Source: Antedon mediterranea
Lineage: Eukaryota > Animalia > Echinodermata
NCBI RefSeq assembly: GCF_964355755.1
Contig: NC_092672.1
Span: 2,914,001-2,978,000 of the forward strand
DNA length: 64,000 nt
Reading direction: 5' to 3'
This document shows, piece after piece, positions 47,926 to 62,298 of this stretch. The notes under the pieces were generated by a model that was not told the origin of the DNA, ran no database searches, and was given only the letters and a program-made list of their open reading frames with translations. Numbering within the stretch: the stretch's first letter is position 1; each line of letters starts with the position of its first letter. The position numbers and the translations under genes are program-made.

Positions 47926-49897
47926 CGGCAAGCTTAGACAAATATAGAAATCAATGCTTAAGTCATTAAGAACAGTGTTCTGTATTCATTACATTATTTG
48001 TAGTACATAATCAGTGTACAAACAGAGAAAAGCACCTGTCGGTACAGTTCTAAATATCCGGTTTTCATTCAGAGAAAATTACAATTTTCCGTTGATTTTA
48101 TAGGTTTGGGTGATTTCGGCAGATGTCTGCTGCTAGCTGTATGACAAGTTTCGTCAAAACGCAACACTATAATTGTATTTTTGACTTTTCAACATCTTAA
48201 AAATAAAGCGCCCTCGTTAAGTGCAATTTCCGTTCGTCATTGAAGGTAATATACACCGAGACTACTTCACAGGTTTGAGGGAGTACGTTTGTAAAGATTG
48301 TCATACGGGAAAGTGATCGATTTATTCACATCTCTATTAAGTGTCAGGTTGCTGTTAATGGCATCGAACAACTCAATTGACAAGAAATGTAATCATGATT
48401 AATTTACCCTCAACTTAATTGCACATTTAATGTGTAATTGTATCACTTTACCACTGGCTGTACACGAGCAACGTCTCAGACGTCTACAATTTCACTTTTA
48501 AAATCAAGTTCATGTATCCCTGCCTCATTTATTCACGTTAACTTAAATATAGTGCACACTTTAAGGGTTACCTCACTTGAAAAACAAGTTTCAAATTAGT
48601 CCTAGTTACATTTACAAAAAAAAAAAATCTTTCACGTAAATATTGGGAAAACGTTACTACGGATTGCATTCTTATCGTTTTCAACCAATAGCTACATGTT
48701 TTTCTTTTCTTAATTCTCTAACAAAAATGTAAATAATGTGTAGCTAGCAGGCAATCCTCTACCAATCCTGTCCATCCAGTAGCAAAGATGAACACGCTAT
48801 CTACTCAATGATTTAAATAATGGAAAACGCAGACGTAGACAAATATATTCATATATGGCCAAAATAGAAGAACAATTTCAATTTGTTTTTTAGTAAAACT
48901 TTAGCGAATCAATGAAGTGATATGCCACCGTAGTAGATTTGCATCATGTATAGGTTTAAAAAAAACCAATTGTACAATTCTTCAATAATTCGATAGGAGA
49001 AGATGGGGTACGGTAAGTGGTCCATGGGGTAAGTGGTTCATAGGGAAACTGTGGTCAAATTGCTAATTTTTTTCTTTAATTACTGCTGTGTGTATAAGTT
49101 TTAGAAAATACACGTTGTGTACAATTCTTCATGGACCATTAAGTTCTCATACTTGCGTTGATAAAATAATAATATGAATAGGACGATCGAGCTATCGATA
49201 TGATGATCATCATTGATGCTGCCCTGCCCATCTTGAATGACACACTTTGTGTGGCCACACCACTTGACTTGTATTGTCTCGATTTCTTTATAATAATATT
49301 ATTGTTTATTTAAAAATTTAACGCTGTTAGCTCTTCTTCAGAGTGCACAAGTTGTTTAAACGGCAATTAAGCCAGTGACGTTGTGTATTTCCATGTTGGT
49401 TGCTCTTTCGTGGTGTGAAACTATTTTGACAAACTTTTTTATTTTACTTGCCATGTAGTAGAAAGGTGGCGGGTCTGTAAAGTGAAATCTTGGATGGATA
49501 TATTAATTACTTGCAATATCAAAGCCAGTTAAATGTTGACATGCGATCTAAATTCAGAAGGCGGGGTGTTGTGCAAAACGCTGCATGTAGTATGCTAACC
49601 ATATGCTCTAACCGGGGAATCTACTCCTATCCATTCCGATACTGGTACATTACAAATCTGATAATATAATCGAATGATAACAATTGTAGGAAAATATCAA
49701 TGGTTCATATGGATGATTTAATTTGAGTTTATATTTATCGTTTGTTGTACTAAGTTTATATTTATCTTTTGTCTTACTGAGTTCTAATTTGTTAACTGAA
49801 ATATTGTATAAGAATACGATTCTATTCAAGGAGGCCGGCCGAATTATTTGTTGTTCCATAAAGGAAAATGGTAAAGTCATTTTGTTTGCCAAGTTAA

Positions 49898-50233
49898 AGA
49901 TGTATTGTCCCTGAAAAAATAATTCTTAACAACATTTTTGTTGAATATGGCATTTTAATTAACATAATAGTTATCCACTTTTACCAAAAATTGGATCGAA
50001 AAAATGTATTTACTTGAAAAAACTGTAATTAAGAGCTAAAAATGGTCAAATTGGCTGCCAGCTAATGGGTTTTTGGTTGAATTTAACCATTCATTTTGTC
50101 ATTTTATAAGTGAAAACATTATTTTTTTTCTACTAAAGTGATTAACTTTAGGCTATTAAAACTAAAAAATAACATATTAAAAGTATGATTTAATTAATCT
50201 TTATTTTTCATGTTTTTGGGGGACAATACATCT
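49898..50233. mobile_element. Kolobok-like MITE family D copy (opposite orientation to 40652)
   Basis: TTAA TSD, same TIR and interior. Confidence 0.85.
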
Positions 50234-53200
50234 TTAAGTAATTGATCAATTCCTAGTCTAGCTATTTTCTAAAAACCAATGCCAGAGAACATTACTGCAA
50301 CAACAGAGCATGATCCAAACTAAAATAGGAGAGAAACCCCCCGGGATTATGATTGGAAATGACCCTGAGATTGTTCATGTCACATTGAAGCGTACCTGCC
50401 ATGTGCTAATAAAGGGCTTGAACAAATATGTCAACTATCACCATTCCAATAGTATTCAATGTAAATTAATACACAGTTAAGACCCGTAGGGTTCCCACGG
50501 CTCTCTTGAAGCAAATCACTGTTTTCAAAGTCAGATCAAACTTTCTAAAAGAAGATACAACATTCTCGCGAAAACTCTCTCTGGTAAGTTAAAACTTTCA
50601 CTTCATTTTTGAATTTTATTTTTTGAGTGAACAGGTGAATTTGCGTCAATAGCAGTAAGCATAAGTAATTGTTTCTATCCTAAACATATGGAATATAATT
50701 GGACAGATATCCAATGTACTTAAACTTAATAGAAAACATCCATTATGCCTGTAAAGTTCTACTCCGTGCAATTACTTTTTTTTTAAAGTTGACATTTGAA
50801 TATAACCTATAAAACTATATACGCTACCGTAAGTTGTTAATTATATTATTTATTATATTTTAACAAAAATATGTATGGACCTGCAGGGTTTGTGGTTCAT
50901 GCGTTTACTGCATTCGTATCAACATTATTTTGAAAGAATGTGATGTTATATAGATGCGCGCTACGCAAATACGCGATATGTTTAGGAAGTCAAATAAAAG
51001 AAAACGTACATTAACAGCTGTTTGATTGTTCCGTAGGGTAATATTCAGTGTTTCACATTGTCACGATGCCAATATAAACACGGATATAAAATAGTGTTTC
51101 TTGAGAATCGTAAACACGAAGAAATCACGTAATCCGTTCTAATCTTAAAGCTTTTATTATTATTATATATATATGACTAGTAAGAACCACCGTCATCAAC
51201 AACCCCCATCTCCATCATGCAATTCGACGAATGCGTTCTTCTGTTGATATTATCGGGGAAGAGTAATTTCAATCTTCCCTGATATTATCAAACAGATTGA
51301 AAAGTTGTAGCTTGCATAAAGTGTGCGTACATTATATACCCTGTTTTCACTTTGTATTGGTTCGGTTAAAGGCTATAGGCCCAGATATAGATAATTACAA
51401 TGATGATCATATTACGCTCGAGATCCCTTTTAATTTGTTTCTGTAGGCTAGATACCAGGTTTTTTTTATGTAATTATTATCTAATAATTCGTCAGTATTT
51501 GTTGTACGGTACGGTAGTGTTCGCGTTACTAGAACGCATCAGCATTAGGGCAAAGTCCAATCTCACAATCATTTATTTCTCTTTCAATGAATTCATTTTT
51601 TAGAAATATAGGTATTTAGCATCTACCTTAATTGTTTATATCTTTGCGAGAAATTGTGTTTTTTCCTAAGTAACTCGATAATTCACAATAAACGTGTTAA
51701 CCATTCGTTATAGACATTAATAATTAAAACTTTTGGATGAAATAGTAAACTTGGGAACTAAGCATTTCTAAGTTAAACAAAATGGAAAAATTAAAAGAAA
51801 TAGACTCTCGTCTTTAACTGCTCTCAAGCCGTATTTTTGATAGGTCCCTTTTTTTCATCTACATCTTCTTCAATTTAACGGACAATTCCTTCACAAAATA
51901 TTTTAACAAATATTTATTAGTTTTTTGTCTTTTATTATTGAAAATGTTGACGTATTAATATAATTTTAGCTTAAAAAAGCAATTCAATTATATATTTTTT
52001 TATATCTCAGATCTTAATTTAAATTATGTTTAAATTTATTTCTATTGACAATTTGTTTGATATATCCAGAAAAATCATAAAAATCCGGGTTTTTTTTACG
52101 GATTCCAAATATAGCCTAATATGGCCTAATATCTATATATAACGGTTAGAATATATTATTTCCATGGTTAGACTAGCCCACAGCTCTCAATAAATTTCGA
52201 ATCAAAAATAGTAAAGATTTAAATAAACACAGCTTTGTTTCGTATCCTACTGACAATAATCACAAGCTGGTGTATTTCTGTGCCTTTGTCCTGCTGAGTC
52301 TGTCTCAATGGACAGAATGTTAATTTCATTATATTTCTACAAAATGATGACCTCTCTTTCTACGCATGTTTTTCTTTAAGACCGGGTGAGGGAAAAACAT
52401 TTCTATTGATCATACATTGTAATAATTATTGATCTATAATTTCCCATATGTATATTGGGATTTTTATTTAAAAAAGGCATTTTCTTATCAGTGTGGGGCT
52501 GGGGGGGGGGGGGGGGTGGTGGGCGCTAGTAAAACTGTAAAATTGCTATGCTTTTGTACACAAATGCTGTAAATAGAGAGGCATTTTTAAACAACAGGAT
52601 AAAAATGGTGTGGTGAATAAGTAAAAATTCCCCTAGGCTCAGATATTTGTTCCTATTTAGTTAAATGTTATTCGTACGGTTAAACGGGAAATTAATGAAC
52701 ATGAAACAGACTAAAAATAAACTTTATAATAATATTAATTATCGTATATAATAAACGTTTAGTTTCTCATTTGATGTTTGTTGTTACGTACAGTTTTTTT
52801 TAAACAGTTTCAGCTTCAATTTATCATTTTTAGTAAGCTAAAGGGGAACTCCGAATTTTAAAAACAAGTAGCACACTTTTCTTCCGAAAGCAGTGATGCA
52901 GAACGAGCATTTTGAACCTCGGCAAATCATAATGGGTCAAATTGAATAGAATATGTTTCTTAACATTGTTTGGCCATTATCGGGACTTACGCTCTTTCGA
53001 ATGGGATAATAATGTTTGTATTCATCTTATGCGACGGCTATCGTATAGTTTTATCAAAACGTATGCAGGGCGTGTTTGCTTTTAATGTTTGATATGCTAT
53101 GAGCCTAAGGCATACAATAACATATCAGTCCTTATATCACCCTAAATGTTTATTTGGTGCCAAGAAGCGGTAGGGCCTACTACAAATAGAAAGAGCTGAT

Positions 53201-54121
53201 TTCGCAAAACTAATTCTGTTTCACCTATCTTTGGCGTTTCACAATAACAATGTAGCGTAGTAACACTTTTCTTGTAAACGCAACTGTGGAAAAAGGTTTT
53301 TTTCCTAACACTCGTTCTGCTTCACTGATCTCGGGAACAACGATTCTCAACATGTGATCATAGCTTTTTAGTCGCCAGTATATCAGTCGGTTGATCGGTC
53401 GGTCGGTAAACACTAACTCAAATTTGAGCACGCGACTGCAGCCATGTATATGGCCTTGTTTGAGGAGTGAGAAGTCGAATATGGATGTAAAGTTCTTGAG
53501 AGATCAATACACAATAATTGTATAATGAACAACTTGATCTGTAAAATTTGTTACGTCATTTATTTAAAAAAATTAAGAAATATTCAAATTTAAAATGGCA
53601 GAAGTTTAAAATACTAAGTACTAACAATAAACAGTGGATGGTAATGTGAAGGTATCGAATCGAATGCTGATTGAATACAGGTTTGTATATAGTGTTAAAA
53701 CTGTGTAAGCTCCTAACGGAGTCTGTGCTTTCTAGAGTGACCTAGTTCGGAGCCTGTACTTGTGCCTGTGACCTGATCTATTTATATTTGATCGTGTCTA
53801 TTCTGTGTATAATGTCAATAATATCAATGTTTAACTTTGCACCCTGATTGGATGTGAAGTTAATGAATACGTTTATATTGACCATTTTGAAGTACCACTA
53901 CGAATTGTGATTTGGTAGGCCTATAGAAATATATATTGACGTCTGTCAAATATGTCTTTCACTGTTATTGAAATAGAAGCCTATCATGCCCTTGATACCA
54001 TCAATCTGCCATTTTTTGTTTTACAATATATTTAAGAAAATGAAATTGGGTCCCGAGCGTATCATGTAAGTAAGGTTAAAAAAAATTGCACCTTGTTCGT
54101 GTTACGATATAGTGTCCCTTA

Positions 54122-54301
54122 AAGGATCTTCCACACCTGTTCCGGCAGTTCCGGTCTGGCGAATCGAACATCAATGTTTCGTTTTCACGAAGCTCCACGC
54201 GGCTATGCGCCAATCAATATGCGCGTAGCTGCGTGAAAACGAAACACTGGATTTTTTCGTCACCGGACCGGAAACGAGCCGGAACAGGTATGAAAAACCC
54301 T
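54122..54301. mobile_element. MITE family B copy
   Basis: Homologous to 7659-7853. Confidence 0.8.
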
Positions 54302-56355
54302 TAATAGGGGTGTCCCCTTAACAGTGGTTCTATACGGTAGTCGCTTATAATTAGTGGGGAATTTTACAACAAATGTTCTTATACAAAATTTACACCTAAG
54401 AAGAAATAATTATAGGCTAACATTGCCTTTAGATCGTAGACCTATAAATACACGACACATTTTTACATAGGAAATTATTCTCTATTCAAAGAGTAGACTC
54501 AAAGAATTTAAAGTGCTCATCTATACCATTATTTGTAGCTAATAGAGTCGATTGTCTCAATTATATCTTTAATGAACCCAACATTCTCTCAATTATTATT
54601 TTTACAACTGTGAATACCAAACCTTGGTATAAACAAATATACGTATAGTTGTCGATTCCAAGAACGAATTATTAAAAATACGGAATTGAAAACCTACCGT
54701 AAGAATGTACTGCGTCGTCCAGCACTATCTTCAGCTTTATTTCAACGTCAAGAGTAAAATAAACATTGGTTACAGGTGTGTGAAATTTATAACATCTATA
54801 GTACTCCCACACTCGTACCTATTAGCACCGAGCAATTCTGTTTGTAATTGGGGGAAAAAAATTCAGTATTTTTATGTATAGAGGGCGATATTTTGATGAG
54901 GGAGTTTTAAAATATTTACATACACATTTTCATGCAAATAAACTGATTCATAGACCTTATATCCAGGGGTGTACCCAGGCGTGTTGCCCTAGTAGCCCGG
55001 GCAACACCCTTAATTTCATACTAAATGTTGTTTCTGCCACTAAATTAGTCCTATTTCATCGTATACAATATCCATATAAAGTCCAGTATGGAAGAGAATA
55101 TTTGTAAATTGGCAGAATACATAGCAGTCACCAATAGGTGTACTAATATTATTATTGATTGTACAGTTTATAGTGGATAAATGAAAATAAATTTGGAAAT
55201 TGTGTTTTCAATTAACTGCTGACTTATTTAGTATTTAATTCAAAATAATACAATTTAACGTTTTCCTCAATAGCAGCAGCTTCATATTTTTTAGCTTTTT
55301 AAATTATTAATTGATAATAATAATTTACATTAATTATTAATTATAGTTATTAGAATTTACTACCGTACCAGAATTACCTTCATCGAGAATTCTCCCTGAC
55401 ATTCGCATTAAACGCAAAAAATGTTATCCTATTTTTAGTTGCGTGTGTTTTCTAAAAAAGGGCACCTTTAAAATTTATTGGAGGGGGGGGGGGGGCGGAT
55501 CCGGAGGACACGGAGCTTGATAGGCTTAGTCAATCCATGGAGGTTTTTATACTTCCATGATCAATCCATTTTCATATCACGCAGTCCTCTTTTCAACAAT
55601 ATAATTCAGTATAATAATTACATAGTGAGGGATTAGTTACAGTGTCAGATTTTTAAATTTGAATCCAAAATGAAATTGCTGTTATAATACAAAAAAAAAT
55701 TATTCAAACAAATAACGCTCTACTAAACATGAAAAGAAACTCTGACATCAACAAAGACAATCACCTAAATGTATTTCATCTCTGGCTTGTTACATTATCA
55801 TTACACATTACCGGACTTCTCCCCCCTCTCGCAATGAACGGCAGTACAGATCTTCCCTATCTATAGGCTCGTGTATGTACTACGTCATTCACAAATTACC
55901 CACGCATAGCACTTGCAGTGTTCCTAGCGATTACCTCTAATGGATCAAGCATTCACACATGAACATTGCGTCCAAAAAAAAAATTCATTTGCCATTTATC
56001 ATGAATTTTACGTACCATTTGCGGCCATCTAGGGGTGTCATTTAACAATAATTCGCTTCGACAAAAACCACACGATGGGGGTCCTGTGACCCAAATACTC
56101 AGTGTCTACAGCCCTGGATTCTTTGGGAAACCCTCTTGTCCTGCGACCGCCCCTGGTTGATATCTTGTAAAAAAAAAAGGCTGGGTCGTGGTTGGTGGAG
56201 CTGTAAAATAGGAAAACGAGCTCCATTTATAAACTTATCAGCTCCAAACACTTACTCCGCAGAACTTTGTACTGCATATTTTTGTTTATGTAATTTTTTT
56301 TTATTTTATTCAATGTAGGCCTACATAATTTATAGACGTCGGAAACAGTGTGGCA

Positions 56356-56475
56356 ATGGGCGACTACTGGTTGGTAGGGCTTTTGACGATAGGCGGCGTG
56401 CTTCTTTGTCAAGGTATACCGTTCTCAAATGAGCAACCAATTGATCTCAAAGATCAAGATGTCCAGAAAGGAGTG
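56356..56475 (+). CDS. MMP exon 1 (signal peptide)
   Basis: [23 protein letters not shown]...; phase-0 donor GTAATC. Confidence 0.85.
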
Positions 56476-59400
56476 GTAATCATTAAAGTTTTATTATTTT
56501 GACTTCGTATTTCTACTTTTTATATGAACTCAATCATAAATGTAATCATAATATTAATTGCATACAATTTAATCATATTATTTTTAACTTAATTTGTTTT
56601 CTATCTTTTTTTGGGATTTCATCAACTTGTATTTCTTGTATAAAATTTAATTTTATATAATAAATGTATATTTTATCGTTATATTTATATTCTTCATATC
56701 TAACTACTATATTCTATATTCAAACAGGTGTATATAACTTTTCTTATACTTTTCAATTTAATTTACGAAATTTCCTTTTATTTCTAAGCGCTTTGGGGAA
56801 ATATGCTGATTGCTAAAAGCACTATACATATTATGAGAACAATAGTTGTTCATCTTAATTATGCAATTCAATCATTTTAATTTCCAATTTCTCCAGGACT
56901 ATCTCCAAATGTACGATTATTTACCACCAATAGGAGGGTTTGGAACAATTACTAAGAAGACATTTAAGAAATCTCTTAAACAAATGCAAAATTTTTCCGG
57001 ACTGAAAGTGACGGGGAAACTCGACAACAAAACCTTAACGTTGATGGCTAAGCCAAGATGCGGAGTTCCTGATCCAATCAAGGTAGCCGCTAATGGGCAA
57101 GTAAAGCGATCGGGCGGTAAACTGTCGGTGCGTGTTGTCCGCGCTGCGTTCACAGGCGGCAAATGGCAAAATAATAAGATTACTTACAGGTAAGACATTT
57201 CTTGGTTTTCTGCCAGCTTAGGCAATTATTTTTGTCCCTGTCTATACTTCGTTTATGGGTAGAATAAGTCTGTAAATGGCGGGCTCCCCGCTGTCGGTTG
57301 GGAATTGAAATAAAAGATGATCAAACATTGCATATTCTCGGATATTGTATTTAACTATAGCCGCCCTGATCACCTGTGACCTGTTGACTTCTGTCCTTCT
57401 ACATAGCCAGGGAGTTGTTAATTAGAAACATGAAAGGACATGAATCACGTATCAATACGATTTGAAATATTATTTGTTTTTTCCATATAAATAATCAAGA
57501 ATCATAAACACGACACCAGACTTACCGATACAACATACTGAGAATGCTATAGAACGAGCGTTTCAAGTTTGGAGTGACGTCACACCTTTGGTATTTACAC
57601 GAACTACCAGCGGTAGCGCAGATATTAACTTAAGATTTGATGCAGGTGCTATCCACGGTGATGGTTATCGGTTTGACGGACCAGGCGGGATGTTTGGCCA
57701 CGCGTTTCCACCGGAAAACGCAGTCAATGCCATGGATGGTGATGTTCATTTTGATGACGATGAGAAGTTTACTTTCCAAACCATGGACGGTAAGTCATCC
57801 TGTTAAAATCATAATATATTTTTATTGCGTCAAGAGTGCACCATACGTATACCCAAACACAAACCCGCCGTCACAAGCTTGGTTTCGACCAATCAAAAGC
57901 TACATTCTCCTTCTTAAGAAGGTACCATACTCTAGGCTAACGATACGAAAGACATTTTCTATTTTAAAAAGATAAAGCATATTAACAGAGGAATACATTC
58001 TTTAGAAATATATTAATAATTATGTTTAGTTTTATACGATTTTTCTTTTTATCAGGTTTAAACCTTTTCCAAGTTGCCGCTCATTTAATCGGCCATAGCC
58101 TGGGTCTTGCACATTCATCTGACACAGAGGCATTGATGTCGCCCTTCTACCATGAATTTATACCTCAATTCCAACTGCCGGATGACGACAGAGACGGGAT
58201 ACAACGTCTCTATGGTAGGCAAATCATTCATTTCTATATAATGATTGCAATACTATAGGCCTACACAAATAGGCATCTTTGGAACCTGTATCTGAAACTG
58301 GACTTTCTGCATTCTCACTCCTGTCTCCTCACGTCAAGAGATTACGCGATGTACCGCAAGCTTTAAAATAACAAAACAATCTTAAATAGATTTATTAGCG
58401 AACACAATATTGTATTCTTTAAATAGGAAACAAGCCTGTTGAGGATATTGGGAATTCTCCAGCCAGGACTGGTGAGGATGACGAAAGCGAAGTGTCCAGA
58501 CCGTGCAACAAGGTGTATGACGCAGTCGCCTTTCTTCGTGGCGATATATTTATGTTTAAGGTAATCTCGTTTATTAACGCTTTCAGTTTTTATTCCTTAA
58601 TTTTAAATGAAAAAATAAATGTAATTTTGTTTTGTTCAGAATGAAACCAAAATGTCGATATATTTTCTTTGATGGCCTCAAAGATTGCAATTTAAAAAGT
58701 CTGTTGTGTTTCCGTTTTGTATCAATGACCCATTACATTGGACAAACTGAAAATCATTTTTCGTTATAATATTGTTTAGAATATTTTTTAAACTTGTATT
58801 GTTCCTCAAAAATATGAAAAAGATTAGTTCGCAATTCGAACAATGTTAATCACCTCCCTAGAAAAAAAACTTAAATAAACGGTTACATTCAACCAAAATT
58901 TGGCTATGTTTTGCTTTAAATTACATTTTTTTAGTTAAATATATTTTTTGGATCCAATTTTTGGTCAAAGTGAATAAATATTATGTGACATTAAAATGGC
59001 ATATTCAACAAAAAAAAACATTTTTTAGGGGGACAATAATGTTTAAATATAGGTATACTATTTCGATGAATGGCCAAATCACAAAATGAAACTCCACCAA
59101 TGTTGTTTGGTACTTAGAGGTAATTCAGGGCAGATATTCTGACTGACTATACATTATAACACATTAGTAATCACCCTTCGCAGGCTCACGCCCATTACAT
59201 CATTCATTATTATTGTTAGGCACTCTGCCCAAGTAATGTTATGTTATAAAGGAAATATTATTTTGCTGCAGCATGACAAGGTCGGATATAATTGATTATG
59301 AGGCATTGTTATCTGTTTATAATCACATAAATAAGAGGTTTTTTTTTTCATTTCGTCTGCAAAAGGAATAATGTAAAAGAAACAGTTCAGAAAGACATTT

Positions 59401-60970
59401 TTTTTATTAATTTACTCCATGAATCTTTAGTTTTCAAATAACTTGTTTTATTCCTTATGCCATTTCCCATACCTCAAGCATATTTAAAAGTCATTGAACT
59501 TGGTTTAGTTAGGCCTACCTCATCTCCTTAATAGTAATTATTCAAAATTGTAGTAAACCCTTTACGTCATAACTCAAACGTACAAATCTCATAATTACGT
59601 ATTTGTTAAAAGGACAACCGTTACTGGCGACTATATTTTATTGGAGTAAGCACTTCTGATATCAATCACGGAGATCCTGTCGATCGATTTTGGGAAGGTC
59701 TGCCAGATAATATTGATGCAACATATGAAAGACCTGATACGACTATCCTATTTTTCAAAGGTATTTAAAGAGGACTATGATCGCAATTGAAAACGCTTCC
59801 ACTAACCAACCATAGTACTAATCATCCATAGTACTAATCATCCGTTGTATACTAAGCAGTAGTAGCCTAGCAGAAAGAGCTTTTCTTAGCATTCATAATC
59901 TTAGCAAGTGAAGTAGTTGCAAACGCAACAGAGTCGTAGTATAGTAGCATCACTAGTTGCAGAATTAGCAAGTTGCATATCTGGTAGTAGCAGCATGTAG
60001 TCGTTGAAGCTTGAAGTAGAATAGCTGCAGCAGCAACACTAACACCAGTAACATTGGTGGCTGCAATAATATTAATCTTAGCAACCAGTACTATTTGTAT
60101 GATCTGAGTACCATAGTTCCATTCAGATAGCCCACCCAGCTTTCTTTTCAGAAATTATCAGATAATCTTGATAATCTACCACCAATATTATTATATACAT
60201 TATCAATACTATTTTTCAGTCAGTTTTCTTACATTATTGTGTCACCGTTCTTATTGTATTGTATGTGATAGGATCAAAATATTGGGAATATAGAGACAAC
60301 AGACCTAGGCCAGGATTCCCCAAACCAATCAGTCATCTAAGCCCGAAGTTACCCAGAAAGGTTGATGCTACGTTGACTTGGCCAGACGTTGGAAAGACTT
60401 ATTTCTTCTTTAAAAACCAAGTATGGCGGTTTGACGAAAAAAGAATGGATGTTGACAGAGGTTATCCCAAACTGATAAAAGACTCGTGGGCCGGTGTTCC
60501 TGATAATATAGACGGTGCATTCAGTTACCGAAACGGTAAGTTTAGTGCCGAAGGTACCAGTAATTATACTCATTTGAATAAACAGATGCTGCAGTCATAG
60601 AAAGCCCATCAGCCATCATTAGAAAATTTCACATTCATTTTGATTCGCGCGCTTTAACTGTATTTTGTGTCTTTTATGTGTAAACTGACTTTGATGTTGG
60701 GTCAACCGGCTCAGCTACAGTGATTAAGTTCACTTAGGTTGATCCTGGTTTCCACAATTTCAGTTTTTTTGTTATGTATATACTGCAATAGACCGAATAA
60801 ATAATGAAATGAAAATATTACTTTTTATCATTTTATTTATTCCAGGCTGCACTTACTTCGTAAAAGGCAAGAAATACTACCGCTACAACAACAGACGACA
60901 GTTTGTTGAGAAGGGGTTCCCTCGTTCGTTCGGCGTGGACTTTTTAATGTGTCGGGCAGTTGATGACTAA
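56356..60970 (+). CDS. Secreted matrix metalloproteinase (M10A: signal, pro, catalytic, hinge, hemopexin), 8 exons, 510 aa; catalytic Glu replaced by Leu
   Basis: Join 56356-56475, 56897-57189, 57500-57789, 58056-58214, 58427-58560, 59613-59760, 60272-60535, 60846-60970 = 1533 nt, open. PRCGVPD cysteine switch, [37 protein letters not shown] Met-turn, four hemopexin blades closed by Cys. Confidence 0.95.
56897..57189 (+). CDS. MMP exon 2 (propeptide, PRCGVPD)
   Basis: CTCCAG acceptor, GTAAG donor. Confidence 0.94.
57500..57789 (+). CDS. MMP exon 3 (catalytic domain, N-terminal part)
   Basis: [34 protein letters not shown]. Confidence 0.93.
58056..58214 (+). CDS. MMP exon 4 (zinc-binding motif and Met-turn)
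   Basis: [40 protein letters not shown]. Confidence 0.94.
58427..58560 (+). CDS. MMP exon 5 (hinge and hemopexin start)
   Basis: ..[21 protein letters not shown]. Confidence 0.9.
58900..59046. mobile_element. Partial family D MITE in MMP intron 5
   Basis: Matches the right part of 40652-40972 (GTCAAAGTGAATA..TGGCATATT..GGGGGACAATA). Confidence 0.65.
59613..59760 (+). CDS. MMP exon 6 (hemopexin)
   Basis: [31 protein letters not shown]. Confidence 0.92.
60272..60535 (+). CDS. MMP exon 7 (hemopexin)
   Basis: [46 protein letters not shown]. Confidence 0.93.
60846..60970 (+). CDS. MMP exon 8 (terminal)
   Basis: [33 protein letters not shown]; no TM or GPI tail. Confidence 0.92.
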
Positions 60971-62298
60971 GTATTAAACTCACTTGTCACTAACAATTCA
61001 CTAGCAGACAAAATACAGACTTAACAAAAACATTAGTACTTACTGACTTTTAAATAACCCCCATGCAATGGGTTAAGGTTGCTTTAATTAGAAGTTAAAA
61101 ATGAGGTACTTTTTTTTTAGATGCGGGTAAATTTGACTAAAAGAATTCCTTTGTTTTATAGACAATTTTTTATACCTTGATTTTATATTTGATATTTCTA
61201 ACTTTTCCTTTTTGTAACAAAGTGAGTTTAAAAAAAGTAGGCTAATCTCGAGTAAGTTCTCGATTAAAGTAATACGTCACAAAATAAACTTATAGTTTTT
61301 CTACTTATATATGGAAACATAACATGACGGTAAGATGAATAAATACCACAATGCTTGGATCAGATATTATGATTGAAAGGATCGTAAGTTATTGAATAAT
61401 AAATGTTATATAGATAATGTGTATGTATCATTACACTCATCTTGTTTCTCATAATGCACATTAAATCAATGTAGTGTTTACATAGTTTCACCTTGTCTTG
61501 TGATTTTGTTTTTTCATTCTTAATTCATTCATTCATTCATTCATCTTTTTATTGTTTTACTCTATCGTTTCGTAATATTCCAAAAAACAGTACATATTTT
61601 ATTTAACATACATTTTAACATACTATTTTCCCCGATTTTTGGTTAGGATCTGGTTTCGACGTAATAAACTTGTCTCAATCAGTCCGCTCACAAAACAAAA
61701 TAAATTATTAGAATTAGTTTAATAAGAACAAATTTATATTTCGGAATACCATGACCATATATAAATAAAGAAACTAAGAAAATAAAGAAATAATAAATAA
61801 ATAAATAAAGAAAAAAAATAAAGCAAATACAGAAACTAAGAAATCATTGAAAAGATAACAACAAACAAGTTTGAGGTTGTACAGTATTACGGACAAAATA
61901 TATTGATAAAGTCAATATACTTTCAGACAATCCCACCATTTCATTTCATTGGAATCTCTTTCCATTTATGCTCCTACTATTATAATAATGTATTTGAATT
62001 ATGTGAGTGAGCCTCGCCTCTAATTACGAATCAATCAGTAAATATTTATATAGACATTCAGTATTTATACTTTATTCTATTAATTTATTATGAAAACATA
62101 TTATTATATATTGTACTTTCAAAACGATTTCCGTCGGTAGTGACGTGATAACTTTTTTTTGTGGATTTCTTTACTCTATTCTGATTGGTTATTTGGTTCA
62201 CTTCCCCTGGCTCAATAACCGTCATACACATTTGTGATAGAAATTCACGGAGTCAGAACTGGGGGTTCACTGCAGTCGAGATTGAGCATTGGGAAGGT

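Noticed and set aside
59810-60110. AGC/TAG-rich stretch as a hidden exon
   Set aside because: Degenerate low-complexity sequence with many stops; MMP exons 6 and 7 join in frame without it.
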